Shown: in pieces, positions 29,219 to 40,071 of the stretch | How the letters are laid out: each line of letters starts with the position of its first letter | How positions within the stretch are numbered: position 1 is the first letter of the stretch | Assembly: GCA_048937405.1 (NCBI GenBank) | Contig: JBHLNF010000002.1 | Span: 384,001-448,000 of the forward strand | DNA from: Promethearchaeota archaeon | GTDB lineage: Archaea > Asgardarchaeota > Lokiarchaeia > Sigyniarchaeales > SOKP01 | Direction of reading: 5' to 3' | DNA length: 64,000 nucleotides | Notes under the pieces: model-generated | What the model saw: the letters and a program-made list of their open reading frames with translations, nothing else | Told to the model about the DNA's origin: nothing | Databases searched by the model: none | Position numbers and translations under genes: made by a program

Positions 29219-29665
29219 TTAACAATCGCATCCACTGCAATCACAATCACAGCCACTACAATCACTACAATCACAACCACTACAATCTCCACCACCCGCA
29301 TATACAACTCCGCGGCGTCGTCTACGACCACACCCACCACATGCTATGCATAAAATTATAATAGCCCCTATTACAAGTAAAGTTATTCCTATACTACTAC
29401 TAGACCCAACTATCAATGAGGTCGCTCCAAAAGACAAAAATACAAATCCAATGATAAAAACAGCACAGATGGCAGCAACTATACCACCACCTGCACTTGC
29501 TGATTTTGGCTTAGATTCCGAAGGTATAGGGGTTGGTGTTGGTGTTGGTTGTGTTTGTTGAGCTCTTGGAATTTGACGGCTAGGTGAGTAATCGGTAGTT
29601 GCTCCACAAAAAGTACAAAATTTTGCATCATCTGGTATTTCTGAACCGCATTGAGTACAATACAT
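29219..29665 (-). CDS. Zinc-ribbon, 2-TM membrane protein with Cys-rich C-terminal tail
   Basis: CTQCG..CTFCG; Pro/Thr linker; 2 TM; RRRRR; DCSGCDCSDCSGCDCDCSGCDC. Confidence 0.75.
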   Translation of the reverse strand: MYCTQCGSEIPDDAKFCTFCGATTDYSPSRQIPRAQQTQPTPTPTPIPSESKPKSASAGGGIVAAICAVFIIGFVFLSFGATSLIVGSSSSIGITLLVIGAIIILCIACGGCGRRRRRGVVYAGGGDCSGCDCSDCSGCDCDCSGCDC

Positions 29666-29848
29666 TTAAATCAATATTTGTTATATTGAAATTTATTTAA
29701 TCCTTTACTATAGAATTAATGAAGCAACTTTATAATATAAATATAGAAGTACAATATAGAAATTTAATAATCTAACATCCATTATTTATTTTTTAACTAT
29801 ATTTTAAACATAAATTTTTTTTTTTTCCAATATTTTTGAATCTCGTTT

Positions 29849-30862
29849 ATGAATGAAGTTTATCCTGATATTTTCTTAATAAAGGAAAAAGGAAATTTTG
29901 GAGTAATAAAACCTCCAGAAAATATATATGTCTTAGCTGGTTCTGACGGTATAATATATGATGCAGGTTATGGTACAAAACGAGCTGTAAATCACCTAAT
30001 TAAGGAGATAAAAGCAATAAAGAAAAATTATGAAGAACAAAATAAAAATTTTCATCTTAGCAGAATTATTATATCTCATTGTCATCCTGATCATTTCAGT
30101 GGTCTAAAAAGAATAAGAGATGCTTTAGGAGTAAAGATAATTCTCACAAATAAGAGTGCTGAAATTATAAAAAATAAGGAAAATTTTAAAAAAAGTTTTG
30201 AAGCTGATGAATACAAAGATTATCTAACAATAAGGAATAAAATTTCAAGAAGAATTGTAAATACCTTAAGATATATTAGTTCAAATTTTTTTTATCAAAA
30301 ATTTTATGGTGTGTCATATATAGATGATCCAGATGAAATTATCGAAGAAAACATAAAAATTTCAATTAATGGTGAGTTATGGAATATTTTTTCTTCTCCG
30401 GGACATGCAATTGACCATATATCTCTTTATAATGAGGAAAAAGGGATCTTATTTTCTGGAGATAATATATTAAGATCTATAACTACTTGGCTTGGACCTC
30501 CAAATTGTAATGTTGCTGAATATATAAATACTATAAAAGAAATTCAGAACCTATCTAATCTTCGATTAATTCTCGCAGCTCATGGAAGTCCTATAGAAGA
30601 TCCTAAAGAAAGAATAGTAGAGATATTAGAGCATAGAAAAGAAAGAACAAAACAAGTTTTAAATATAATTCATGATAATTTTGAATATGGAATTGCTCCA
30701 AAAGATATTATTAAATCAATCTATTCTAATACTGGTAGAGTACATCATCAAATTGCTCGTGGGTGGGTTGTACTAACTCTAAAAATGTTAGAAGAAAAAA
30801 ATTTGATAAAAAGAAAAGTTGCACAAAAAAAGATACTATTTTTCCCTGTAGAAAAGGATTAG
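29849..30862 (+). CDS. Metallo-beta-lactamase fold hydrolase with C-terminal winged helix
   Basis: SHCHPDHFSG, PGHAIDH, FSGD, AAHG. Confidence 0.9.
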   Translation: MNEVYPDIFLIKEKGNFGVIKPPENIYVLAGSDGIIYDAGYGTKRAVNHLIKEIKAIKKNYEEQNKNFHLSRIIISHCHPDHFSGLKRIRDALGVKIILTNKSAEIIKNKENFKKSFEADEYKDYLTIRNKISRRIVNTLRYISSNFFYQKFYGVSYIDDPDEIIEENIKISINGELWNIFSSPGHAIDHISLYNEEKGILFSGDNILRSITTWLGPPNCNVAEYINTIKEIQNLSNLRLILAAHGSPIEDPKERIVEILEHRKERTKQVLNIIHDNFEYGIAPKDIIKSIYSNTGRVHHQIARGWVVLTLKMLEEKNLIKRKVAQKKILFFPVEKD

Positions 30863-31009
30863 AATCTTCGCAAACGTGATATAATACAAGTTTTAATAAT
30901 TATTTCTTAGTTAATAATTAGATTCTATTAGTAAAAGTATATTATAATATTATAAAAATTTGACAGCGATGTTATTTTTAAATGTAATTTAGTTGCAATA
31001 ATTCTTAAT

Positions 31010-33163
31010 ATGCAAAAAGAGTTAAAACACTATTTTAATGGGCCTTTCCTAAAAAAAAATCAAGTTATTCAGAGAAGTTATCAAAAAAATATTGTTAATA
31101 GCTGTAAAAATAAGAATTCCTTGGTAGTTTTACCAACAGGTTTAGGAAAAACAATAATTGGTATCTTATTAATATCTAAATGTTTATATAAATACCCAAA
31201 AGCAAAGATTATCATTCTTGCTCCTACACGACCACTAGTTTCACAACATCGAGATTCCTGTGAGAGATTTCTTGATATTGATTTAGAAGAAATTACTACA
31301 TTCACAGGAAAAATTCCACCAGAAAAAAGAATTTTGTCATTTAGAACCTCAAAAATTATAATATCTACACCTCAAGTGATCAAAAATGATCTATTGAGAG
31401 ATAGATACAATTTAAAACAGGTTTCATTAATTATTTTCGATGAAGCTCATAAAACTAAGGGTAACTATGCATATAATTTTATTTCAGAGGAATATATTAA
31501 TACATGTTCAGATCCTTTAATATTGGGATTAACAGCATCTCCAGGAAAGGATTATGATCGAATTCAACAAATATGTGATAACTTATATATTGAAAATATA
31601 ATCTTTAAAAAATATCAAGATAAAGATGTAAAGGACTATATTTATGATATTGATACGTATATTAATTTGGTAGATTTGCCAATTAAACTGAGGGAAATTA
31701 GTGCTGTTTGGTATAATTTATTTGAAAAATTTTTAAGATTTTTTATTAAAAGTAATTTGCTACCTCCGAATAAACCCTATTACTCAAAATTAGATTTTTT
31801 AGGAATATCTCGTGATTTAACATTATCTTTGTATTTTGAAAAAGAAAATACGCTTGAAATGCCAGAAGAAGAATATTTGGAGGCACTATACTATAAATCA
31901 CCTAAAATTATTGATATAGTTCAAGAAAATCAGCTTGACATCCCTTCTGTATATTCTTACTGTTCGAGTTGTATATCGATCCTTCATGCTAAAAATTTAT
32001 TAGAAACTCAGAACATTACTCTTTTTATTTCTTTTTTAAATAAAATTAAGTACAAAGCAAGTAAAGATATATTATCCGCTAAAAGAATCATTAATTCAGA
32101 GAATTTTAATTATATAAATTCAATAATTGAAAGTGAAGAACAAATCAACCTGTCTCATCCTAAATTAAAAAAGATAGTATCAATTATAAAAGAGGAAGTT
32201 GAGGAGTTTAATAACAACAAAATTCTTATTTTTACACAATATCGTGAAATGGCAGAATTTCTCAAGAATTTTTTAAAAAATGAATTTAAAGAACAATTTA
32301 AAATTGAAAAATTTATTGGTCAAACATCAAAAACGGATGATACAGGATTTCCTCAGCATTTACAGATAGAAATAATGAATAAATTTAGAGAAGGAATAAT
32401 AGACATTCTTATTGCTACAAGTGTTGCTGAAGAAGGATTAGATATTCCTAATGTAGATGCAATAATCTTTTTTGAACCTGTTCCATCAGAAATTAGATTA
32501 ATTCAAAGAAGAGGAAGAACTGGTAGATACGCTCCAGGAAGATGTTATATACTTGTTACAGAAGAGACTGCTGATATCCCCTTTTTTATTGTTGCTAGGC
32601 GTAAAGAAAGTTCTATGAATTCAGTTCTATCTGATTCTGGACAATTAAATTTAAATGAAAACTTAAAAAGAAAAAAAATTGAGTTTCCTCAACAAAAAGA
32701 AAAACGTCAAGAATCTCATATTTTTAAAAATTTTAGAGAAAAGAGAGAATTAGAACAAGAATTTTTATCAAATCGATCTATAGAAGAGATTCTTTTCCGA
32801 TTAGATAATTTCTGTAATAGTGAAGAATATAAAAATATCAAAAATTGTGGTGTTACATTTTATTCAGACTTAATAAAATTTGATGAATCCACTATACGAG
32901 AAAAAATAAAAGAATTAAAAGTTCATAAAAATAATAAACCTAATCACCAAAAAATATATTTAAATAAACATGTAAAAACCTTAGTAAATTTAGTTAAGAT
33001 TTATGGTATTAATGGTTCATTAAATTACAATAAATTTCAAGAACTTGCTCAAGAAGAGGATATTATTGATAGGAAGTTTTATCTTCATTTCGATCAAGCC
33101 TGTTCTTTAGGATATCTCAAAAAATTAGATAATCAGGTCCATTTTATTATGGATTTTGATTAG
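31010..33163 (+). CDS. hef: Hef/FANCM-like SF2 helicase (no ERCC4 nuclease domain seen)
   Basis: LPTGLGKT, PTRPLVSQH, TPQV, DEAH, LTASPG, ATSVAEEGLDIP, QRRGRTGR. Confidence 0.9.
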   Translation: MQKELKHYFNGPFLKKNQVIQRSYQKNIVNSCKNKNSLVVLPTGLGKTIIGILLISKCLYKYPKAKIIILAPTRPLVSQHRDSCERFLDIDLEEITTFTGKIPPEKRILSFRTSKIIISTPQVIKNDLLRDRYNLKQVSLIIFDEAHKTKGNYAYNFISEEYINTCSDPLILGLTASPGKDYDRIQQICDNLYIENIIFKKYQDKDVKDYIYDIDTYINLVDLPIKLREISAVWYNLFEKFLRFFIKSNLLPPNKPYYSKLDFLGISRDLTLSLYFEKENTLEMPEEEYLEALYYKSPKIIDIVQENQLDIPSVYSYCSSCISILHAKNLLETQNITLFISFLNKIKYKASKDILSAKRIINSENFNYINSIIESEEQINLSHPKLKKIVSIIKEEVEEFNNNKILIFTQYREMAEFLKNFLKNEFKEQFKIEKFIGQTSKTDDTGFPQHLQIEIMNKFREGIIDILIATSVAEEGLDIPNVDAIIFFEPVPSEIRLIQRRGRTGRYAPGRCYILVTEETADIPFFIVARRKESSMNSVLSDSGQLNLNENLKRKKIEFPQQKEKRQESHIFKNFREKRELEQEFLSNRSIEEILFRLDNFCNSEEYKNIKNCGVTFYSDLIKFDESTIREKIKELKVHKNNKPNHQKIYLNKHVKTLVNLVKIYGINGSLNYNKFQELAQEEDIIDRKFYLHFDQACSLGYLKKLDNQVHFIMDFD

Positions 33164-33217
33164 CTTGAATTTTAATATAAGAAAAAAAGTTAAAAAACCC
33201 ATATTATGAAATGGTAA

Positions 33218-36200
33218 TCAATTAATTGTTTGTTCTTTATTTTTTTTTAGTACATAAAAGATTAAAATAAGAATTGTTAGGGTTATAGGCAACGCAATTA
33301 CGACGGGATTATTTCCACTAAAAAGATAAAAATAATAGGTGATAGTAATAATAGAAGCAAATAAAGCGATTACACTTCCATACTGACTAGCCAAATTTTT
33401 CAGATGACGTAACATCATATTTAATTTATAATTAGTGCTTTTTATAACTTCTAATTCAGTTTCATCTAATTCATCTAAAACTTCGGGATTTTCGAAATAA
33501 ATAGCAATTCGAGGATCAAACTTGCCTTCTAATTCTCCTGAACTAATTAAAAATAGTAAATGGTCTTGAATATTTTGTTTTTTTATTTTTAATTCATTGT
33601 TTAAAAAACCAACTGTCAAATATTCATTCGCTACAGCTTTTATTGTCATTTTTATATATGATTTTAAAATCAAACGTTCCAACGCTTTTACTTTTTCGTT
33701 TAAAATCTCAAAATATTCCTCAATAAATTTATTAAAATCATCTAAAACGAATTTAGATATTTGTAAAAAGTTTTTTGACTTTTTAGAAAAATCCTTAATG
33801 GTATTTTCAATGTGTTTTTTAACTTCTTTTATCTCTAATTCAATATTCTTAGCTCGTTTTTGGATGAGATAATTACATTTCTTGAATTCTTTAATTTCAA
33901 TATTATCTTCTACTTTCCTTTCCAAATTACCTAGTAATTGACTCAAATGAATTTTTTTATTATTTATTATTATTATTAATTGTTCACGGAATGATTCATT
34001 CTTCAATGAAGTTATCTTATCAGTAATTTTGTGAACTTTATTATCAAATTCATTACTATAAGAATTTTTCGATCTCACATACAATTCTCTTATTTCAGGA
34101 ATTAGCTTATTTAAATCCTCAGTTGCATTCAAAACTGATTTTATTTGTTCCTCAACCTTATTTTGAACTTTTTTGAAATTTTCATTAATTAAATGCTTTT
34201 CAGTTTCATAAATGTCTTGAATTTTTATATAATTATCATAGTTTTCCATCCTTCTGAAAACTTTATTACTAAACTCTCTTATTTCATTATTGAGATTATT
34301 GAATTGTTTTTCAAGGTAATTATGCATTTTATTAAATAAGTTAAGACTACTTTTTATATCACTAATAGCAATTCTGTCATTTTCTAAAATTGATTCAAAA
34401 TATTTTTTGGTTTCAATGAATTCGGTTCTTTCTTGGAGAATTTTAAGATCTCTTGCTTTTTCATTGAACTTATTAGGGAGAAAATCATCGAAGATATTTA
34501 ATTCATTAATTCTATTTTGAAGCTCTAACATATTTACATTTAAGGTTCTATTCCTTATACTTGAATCATATAGTGCTAAAATTTTGCCAATTCTCTCTCT
34601 ATTTAATTTTAATAAATGATTATCCACATAATTTTTAAGATCTTTGTTTAAATAATAATAATCTGTGTACACTAAAATGGATTTTTCATCCTCATTAAGT
34701 TCTGCATTCATTTTTGAAAGATCTATCATATCCTTTAATCTACTGATGAGGACTTTGCATGATAATTTTACTTCATTTTTTAAATCATCTAATTTAATGT
34801 AATTTGTTTTCTTCTCAATTGCTATTATGTTTACGCTATTTGAAATTACTTTATTAATATATTCATCTTTTAAAATAGAAAGATCATCGTTAAAAGATTC
34901 AATGAAATTTTCCCATTGAATTATACTTAATTCTGACTGTTCCTTAAAATTCTCAATATTTTTTGTACATTCATTTATTTTTTTTAAATATAACTTTTTT
35001 GATTTAGTGAATTGACTCTGAATATGATCAAATTCTTTATTAATCTGGTCAATTTTCAAATTATCAGAATGATCAAAATTATTTTTGATTATTTTTAGTT
35101 GAGATTTCAAATTTGAAATTTCTTGTGAAACAAAATTATCAAAATCTTCAATTTTAGATTTATTTCTCTCCTCAGCTATAAATTTTTTTAACGTTTTAAC
35201 CTGATTGGCAATTAATTCAATTACTTCAGCTTCTAATTCTTCTAAAATCTCCTGTAAATGGCGATAAAGTAAATAAAGTTTTTGTTTCTTTCGTATCTCT
35301 CGTTTTACAATAGACTGAATCTCTTTGATTTCAGCTATTTTCTCTTTCATCAAGAGATCATATTCTCTCTTGGTGAAATTATAAGCATCTTGAAAATCAT
35401 TTGCTTTTATTTTATTTTTTGCTTTTTCTCCAATTTCTAATATTTCTGCTTTTATCTGTTTACTAACGTCCTCTATTTTTTGAAGATTTATGTTGAAAAA
35501 TTGAAATCCTTTGATATAGAAATCAAATTCAGTATTAAATTGTTCTTTAATTTTTATCCAATTTTCAATTATTTTTTTATGTTTTTTAACAATTTTCTTT
35601 TCCTTAACTGTAATCTGTTGAGAAACACCATATATTATATGATCATATTTTCTTACATTTTGAGAAAGTTGGTCCAAACTTTGAATAATAAGATTTAATT
35701 CTACCTCGTCATATTTCTTTTCAAGAATCTCGTTAAATTGTTTCTTAAATAAATCTAATTTTTTTATTAAGTCCTCCTCTAAAACGTCTATTTTTTCATT
35801 TAAAGTCTCTAATAAACTAGATAAATTTCTTAATTCTTCTTTTTCTTGAATTTTACCTTTTAGATATGACTCAACTTCTGATAATTTCTTCTGTAAAACA
35901 GAATATTCTTTTTTCCATTGAGCTATTTCTGAACCTAAACTTGCTTGTATATTAATATATTTAAGAATCTCATTAAAAGAACCTTCAATATTCTCATTTA
36001 AAAAGTCTGCTTCCATTAAAGCATCACGTAGAATAAATTTTAAGCGTTCTTTTGCATAATTAGTCTCATTTATTACAAGATAACTTTCAATTTCTTCTCG
36101 AATTTGAGAACTGATATTTTTTAGCTTCAAAGTCATATTATAGATATCATTCTTGATATCATCTAGTTTCTCTTTTTCTTCATATAGTCTTTCTGTATTT

Positions 36201-37630
36201 AGATCCACATCAGAAATAATAATCTTTTTCAATAGATATTTTAAATAAAATAAATATTTAGTCCTAAATCCTAAAAATGATTTTTTAGTTCTTATAGCAC
36301 CAATGAATAATTTTTTATTTACCATATCCTTTATTGTAGGGAAAATATCTTCTTTTAATTTTAAAGGTTCTAAATGCTCTGTTTTATGTTTTTTGAAAAG
36401 TTCAGAAAGGGATATTATACTATTGTTATTCAATTTATTATAAAAATTTTTAAAGAATTCTTTCTTGCCATAACTGAAATTACTGATATAATTCTTGAAT
36501 TCAATCTCATTATCTAAAATCTGTAATTTAAAATTATAATTGAGATTAATGTATAAAATAAGTTCATCTATATATTCTACTAATCCAAAAGTCGACTTTA
36601 ATTGATTTATATCAACATACTTTTCTTTTTCAAGTTGTCTGAATAAAACCCTTTCAATTTCATCACTAAATTTTTTCCAAACGATAGATAAAAGAATTAT
36701 TAATTTTGAAGTTTCATTTAATATTTCAGAATTCCAATTCTCTGGATTCTTTAATATTTCTTTTAATTTTTGAGTAATAAAGGAATAAATTCCTGCAGGA
36801 TTATAATCCAATAACCATGAATATAATTCAAGGATATAAACTAACCAGAAAGTGATATCAACGTTATCATCCTGATTAAAACTGAAACCACCATTTTCTT
36901 TCTGAAGCTGTTGAAGTAATTGAAGTTCTTTATCTTTAACCTCCATATCCAAATCTAAATATTTAAGGCAAAGTAATCTAAAAATTAACGAGGAATCTTT
37001 TTTCTTTTCTCCCGTATATGTACGGAACTGCTCTCTATTTAAACGGACATCCACTCCAAGGATTGTAAATATTTCCATCACATAAAATAACAATTTTGAC
37101 GTAGAAATATTTCTACAAATTTCACAATCTTTGGCTTGGCAATGTATAAACTTATTCCCCTTTTTCAGTGATAAAATAAAATTTCTAATTTGTTCTTTTA
37201 CTTGAGTTCTTCCTTCGGATAACATGTATTGATTTAATAAACCTGCAGTTTTTAAACAGGACAGCGCAAAGAATGTAGAACAAATATCAGGATCATTATT
37301 AGAATGGGGAGTAGAAATAAATCCTATTTTATTATCCAGCTGAACTTCACAATTTTTAATAAAAGAAAAAATTTCATCCCTATTTTTCCTTTTTTCTAGT
37401 TTTAAATATTTCCGAAGCAATAGTAACCAAAAGACATTTTCAAGATTTAGATGCGATGTATTTATAAATTTTTGATTAAAATGTTCATAGAATTCAATTA
37501 TTTTATTATATTCACTATAATAAAAAATTAGAATATCTCTTCGTTTAATATTTATAAAAGATTTAAATGGTTCTTTTTTAAATTTTGTTATGTAAGGATA
37601 TGCAAATTTCTCTTCGTACGCATTGCTCAA
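33218..37630 (-). CDS. Large protein: prenyltransferase-beta-like repeats + PCI-like winged helices + coiled coils + C-terminal TM hairpin
   Basis: PDICSTFFALSCL, LQKENGGFS, DITFWLVYIL; LKIKKQNIQDHLLFLISSGELEGKFD; heptad-rich middle; two terminal hydrophobic helices. Confidence 0.7.
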   Translation of the reverse strand: MSNAYEEKFAYPYITKFKKEPFKSFINIKRRDILIFYYSEYNKIIEFYEHFNQKFINTSHLNLENVFWLLLLRKYLKLEKRKNRDEIFSFIKNCEVQLDNKIGFISTPHSNNDPDICSTFFALSCLKTAGLLNQYMLSEGRTQVKEQIRNFILSLKKGNKFIHCQAKDCEICRNISTSKLLFYVMEIFTILGVDVRLNREQFRTYTGEKKKDSSLIFRLLCLKYLDLDMEVKDKELQLLQQLQKENGGFSFNQDDNVDITFWLVYILELYSWLLDYNPAGIYSFITQKLKEILKNPENWNSEILNETSKLIILLSIVWKKFSDEIERVLFRQLEKEKYVDINQLKSTFGLVEYIDELILYINLNYNFKLQILDNEIEFKNYISNFSYGKKEFFKNFYNKLNNNSIISLSELFKKHKTEHLEPLKLKEDIFPTIKDMVNKKLFIGAIRTKKSFLGFRTKYLFYLKYLLKKIIISDVDLNTERLYEEKEKLDDIKNDIYNMTLKLKNISSQIREEIESYLVINETNYAKERLKFILRDALMEADFLNENIEGSFNEILKYINIQASLGSEIAQWKKEYSVLQKKLSEVESYLKGKIQEKEELRNLSSLLETLNEKIDVLEEDLIKKLDLFKKQFNEILEKKYDEVELNLIIQSLDQLSQNVRKYDHIIYGVSQQITVKEKKIVKKHKKIIENWIKIKEQFNTEFDFYIKGFQFFNINLQKIEDVSKQIKAEILEIGEKAKNKIKANDFQDAYNFTKREYDLLMKEKIAEIKEIQSIVKREIRKKQKLYLLYRHLQEILEELEAEVIELIANQVKTLKKFIAEERNKSKIEDFDNFVSQEISNLKSQLKIIKNNFDHSDNLKIDQINKEFDHIQSQFTKSKKLYLKKINECTKNIENFKEQSELSIIQWENFIESFNDDLSILKDEYINKVISNSVNIIAIEKKTNYIKLDDLKNEVKLSCKVLISRLKDMIDLSKMNAELNEDEKSILVYTDYYYLNKDLKNYVDNHLLKLNRERIGKILALYDSSIRNRTLNVNMLELQNRINELNIFDDFLPNKFNEKARDLKILQERTEFIETKKYFESILENDRIAISDIKSSLNLFNKMHNYLEKQFNNLNNEIREFSNKVFRRMENYDNYIKIQDIYETEKHLINENFKKVQNKVEEQIKSVLNATEDLNKLIPEIRELYVRSKNSYSNEFDNKVHKITDKITSLKNESFREQLIIIINNKKIHLSQLLGNLERKVEDNIEIKEFKKCNYLIQKRAKNIELEIKEVKKHIENTIKDFSKKSKNFLQISKFVLDDFNKFIEEYFEILNEKVKALERLILKSYIKMTIKAVANEYLTVGFLNNELKIKKQNIQDHLLFLISSGELEGKFDPRIAIYFENPEVLDELDETELEVIKSTNYKLNMMLRHLKNLASQYGSVIALFASIITITYYFYLFSGNNPVVIALPITLTILILIFYVLKKNKEQTIN

Positions 37631-37838
37631 TACTAAATAAGCCCCAGAGATGTTAATTTCTTTTTTTGTTAGTAATATAAATCAATCCATATATTTCTTT
37701 GGAATCAAAAATATTGAGTATGTGAATATTTCGTATATATAAAATCTCTTTATCTAATATTATCAATAACCTATCAATTTATGATAATATATTTGTAATA
37801 AATTATCAAAAAAATCTAATAATTATCAAAAAGAACAC

Positions 37839-38477
37839 TTATTTCTCTCTATTGTTTGTTTTGGATCGTGTAAGCAAATTTTTATTAAGATAAACACATA
37901 TTCCTGTAGAAATTAATGAAACGATGAAAAAAAAAAAAATTACATTAAATATTCCTGGTGATTTAGGTAAATTTATATACACATAATACTCCTCAGACTT
38001 TCCTACATTCTCAGATAAAGATGAATCTTTTGCCGAGATCTGAATAATATATTCACCCCCATTAGAATATGCACTAACATTACTCCAATAATAAAACCAT
38101 AAATTTTCATTTTCATAAAACATAGTGGCATTGAATAATGAAGTAGTCTGATTTGAGATTTGAAGTGTAACACTCCCATTTAAAGGAGGATTCTCATCAC
38201 TCACATTAACTTCTATAATAAATGTATAAACATTGATTATGGTATTGTTCTCACTGGGATTGATGAAGCTAATGATTGGAGATGATGTATCTTCATCTGA
38301 TCCTTGAGCTATATATACATCCCTATTATCAGTAAGATGATTTCTAAAATCATCTTGATTCCATAAAAAAGCATAATAATGAAACATAACAAGTACTAAA
38401 AAAAGAATATACAAAATAATATCCTTAAAGAATATCTTTCTCTCTTTCCCATTCAACACTAAAGCCATTGCTAACAA
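37839..38477 (-). CDS. Membrane-anchored Ig-like (Big-type) domain protein
   Basis: N- and C-terminal TM; DTSSPIISFINP, IEVNVSDEN, YIIQISAKDSS; several N-x-S/T sequons. Confidence 0.7.
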   Translation of the reverse strand: MLAMALVLNGKERKIFFKDIILYILFLVLVMFHYYAFLWNQDDFRNHLTDNRDVYIAQGSDEDTSSPIISFINPSENNTIINVYTFIIEVNVSDENPPLNGSVTLQISNQTTSLFNATMFYENENLWFYYWSNVSAYSNGGEYIIQISAKDSSLSENVGKSEEYYVYINLPKSPGIFNVIFFFFIVSLISTGICVYLNKNLLTRSKTNNREK

Positions 38478-38622
38478 TGCTTTTTGTTATATTGAATCAT
38501 AATTCTAATATAAAATTAAGTAATGAAATAAATTTATTTTTAGAAATCTAATTGATTTATAGAATTAAAAAAATAGAATGTATAAAAAAGAATAAAAAAA
38601 AGAAATAAGATTTTAATTAATA

Positions 38623-40050
38623 TTATTTTTTGTCTTTTGGTAAATGGCCTATCTCTTCTCTAATAGATGGGGTTAAAAAGTCTTTTTCCGTAGGCTTATT
38701 TAATATCTCTAAAAGATTATATTCTGTGATCATTTGAAGGATTCCCAGAACTTTCATACCATGCTCGTACATATCGTTCGCATCGGACAAATTCCTCCAA
38801 CAAAATGGACACTCAGTTGTTAAAATATCCGCTCCAACAGCATTCGCTTCATCACATCGTAAACTTGCTGTTTTAAGTGAAAATTCAGGATATCCTGCCC
38901 TTACTCCACCTCCAGCTCCGCAACACATACTATCAATTTTTATTCTGTACATCTCTTTGAATACTAAACCTACATCCTCCTCAAGTTTTCTAAGAATGAT
39001 ACGTGGAACTTCATACCATGCTTCGATTGCTTTATCAATCGCTCGATGTTCTATTATAAGCTTCGTTGATTCTTTTATCATTTCTTGCTCCATATCGATA
39101 GCAAAATGTCTGCCTGTATGACAAGGATCATGATAAGTAACAACTTTTCCTTTCAATTCTTTGTTTGGTTTGAATTTGATTTTCTCTTGTTGCACTAATC
39201 TTGCAACAAGTTCAAATGCGTGTTGTGTTTTAAATGGAAGCTTCTCATCCTCACCCATCCATTTTGGATAATCGATAGTAAAAGTTCTATAACAACCTGC
39301 ACAACTAAAATAGACCATTTTGACATTCTTGAAAGCTTCGAGATTTTTTCTCATTAATTCCTGAGCGGTATCAACTGCCCCAATTCTAAAGAATGGACTT
39401 CCACAACATACTTCATCATCAACTAAGGTAAAATTCATCCCTAATTGCTCAAATAATTTAGCAGTTGCAATTGCTACTTCTACTTGACGATAACTAGCTG
39501 TACATCCAACGTAATAGGCAATTTTTGCATCCTTATTATCAATAAACTTTTCTAGTCCTGCATCCTTCGCCCATTTCATTCTTTCACTAGCAGCTCCACC
39601 ATATGGATTATTTCTTTCTTTGACTAATTTATCCACTACCTCATGTTTATCGATCATCGGTATACCAGCTTCTATACATGCTGCCCTCAATGATTCAATG
39701 ATATCAACAGTAGGAACCTTATTTTCACATTGCGCTGAGCATTGACCACATGTTATACAGGGTAAAAATACATCTCGCACTTCTTCACTAAATTCTAAAT
39801 CACCACTTAAAATCGAGCGAGCAATCCACATTTTACCGGCATTCCAGAAAGCTTCCCATCCATATTCTATTCCCGCAGGACATGCATCTACCATTCCTTC
39901 ATAAAGAACCGTTCCTTGCTTTCCTGCAAATTCTCCTATTCCCTCCCTATCAGGTTCATTCGAATAAGCAAATCTACATGCTTTACAATGAATACATTTA
40001 TAAACCTCTTTTTTTAATTCTTCTAATCTTTCCATTCCTGTTTTTGCCAT
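38623..40050 (-). CDS. Fe-S oxidoreductase, GlcF/HdrD-like (two [4Fe-4S] motifs + two CCG domains)
   Basis: CIHCKAC, CITCGQCSAQC, YYVGC, CCGSP, YHDPCH, CCGAGGG, ECPFC. Confidence 0.9.
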   Translation of the reverse strand: MAKTGMERLEELKKEVYKCIHCKACRFAYSNEPDREGIGEFAGKQGTVLYEGMVDACPAGIEYGWEAFWNAGKMWIARSILSGDLEFSEEVRDVFLPCITCGQCSAQCENKVPTVDIIESLRAACIEAGIPMIDKHEVVDKLVKERNNPYGGAASERMKWAKDAGLEKFIDNKDAKIAYYVGCTASYRQVEVAIATAKLFEQLGMNFTLVDDEVCCGSPFFRIGAVDTAQELMRKNLEAFKNVKMVYFSCAGCYRTFTIDYPKWMGEDEKLPFKTQHAFELVARLVQQEKIKFKPNKELKGKVVTYHDPCHTGRHFAIDMEQEMIKESTKLIIEHRAIDKAIEAWYEVPRIILRKLEEDVGLVFKEMYRIKIDSMCCGAGGGVRAGYPEFSLKTASLRCDEANAVGADILTTECPFCWRNLSDANDMYEHGMKVLGILQMITEYNLLEILNKPTEKDFLTPSIREEIGHLPKDKK

Positions 40051-40071
40051 TTTTTTATCAACCTCCTTTCT

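Noticed and set aside
29219-29290. CRISPR-like or non-coding tandem repeat
   Set aside because: The short repeats encode the in-frame DCSGC Cys tail. No repeat-spacer array was seen anywhere in the window.
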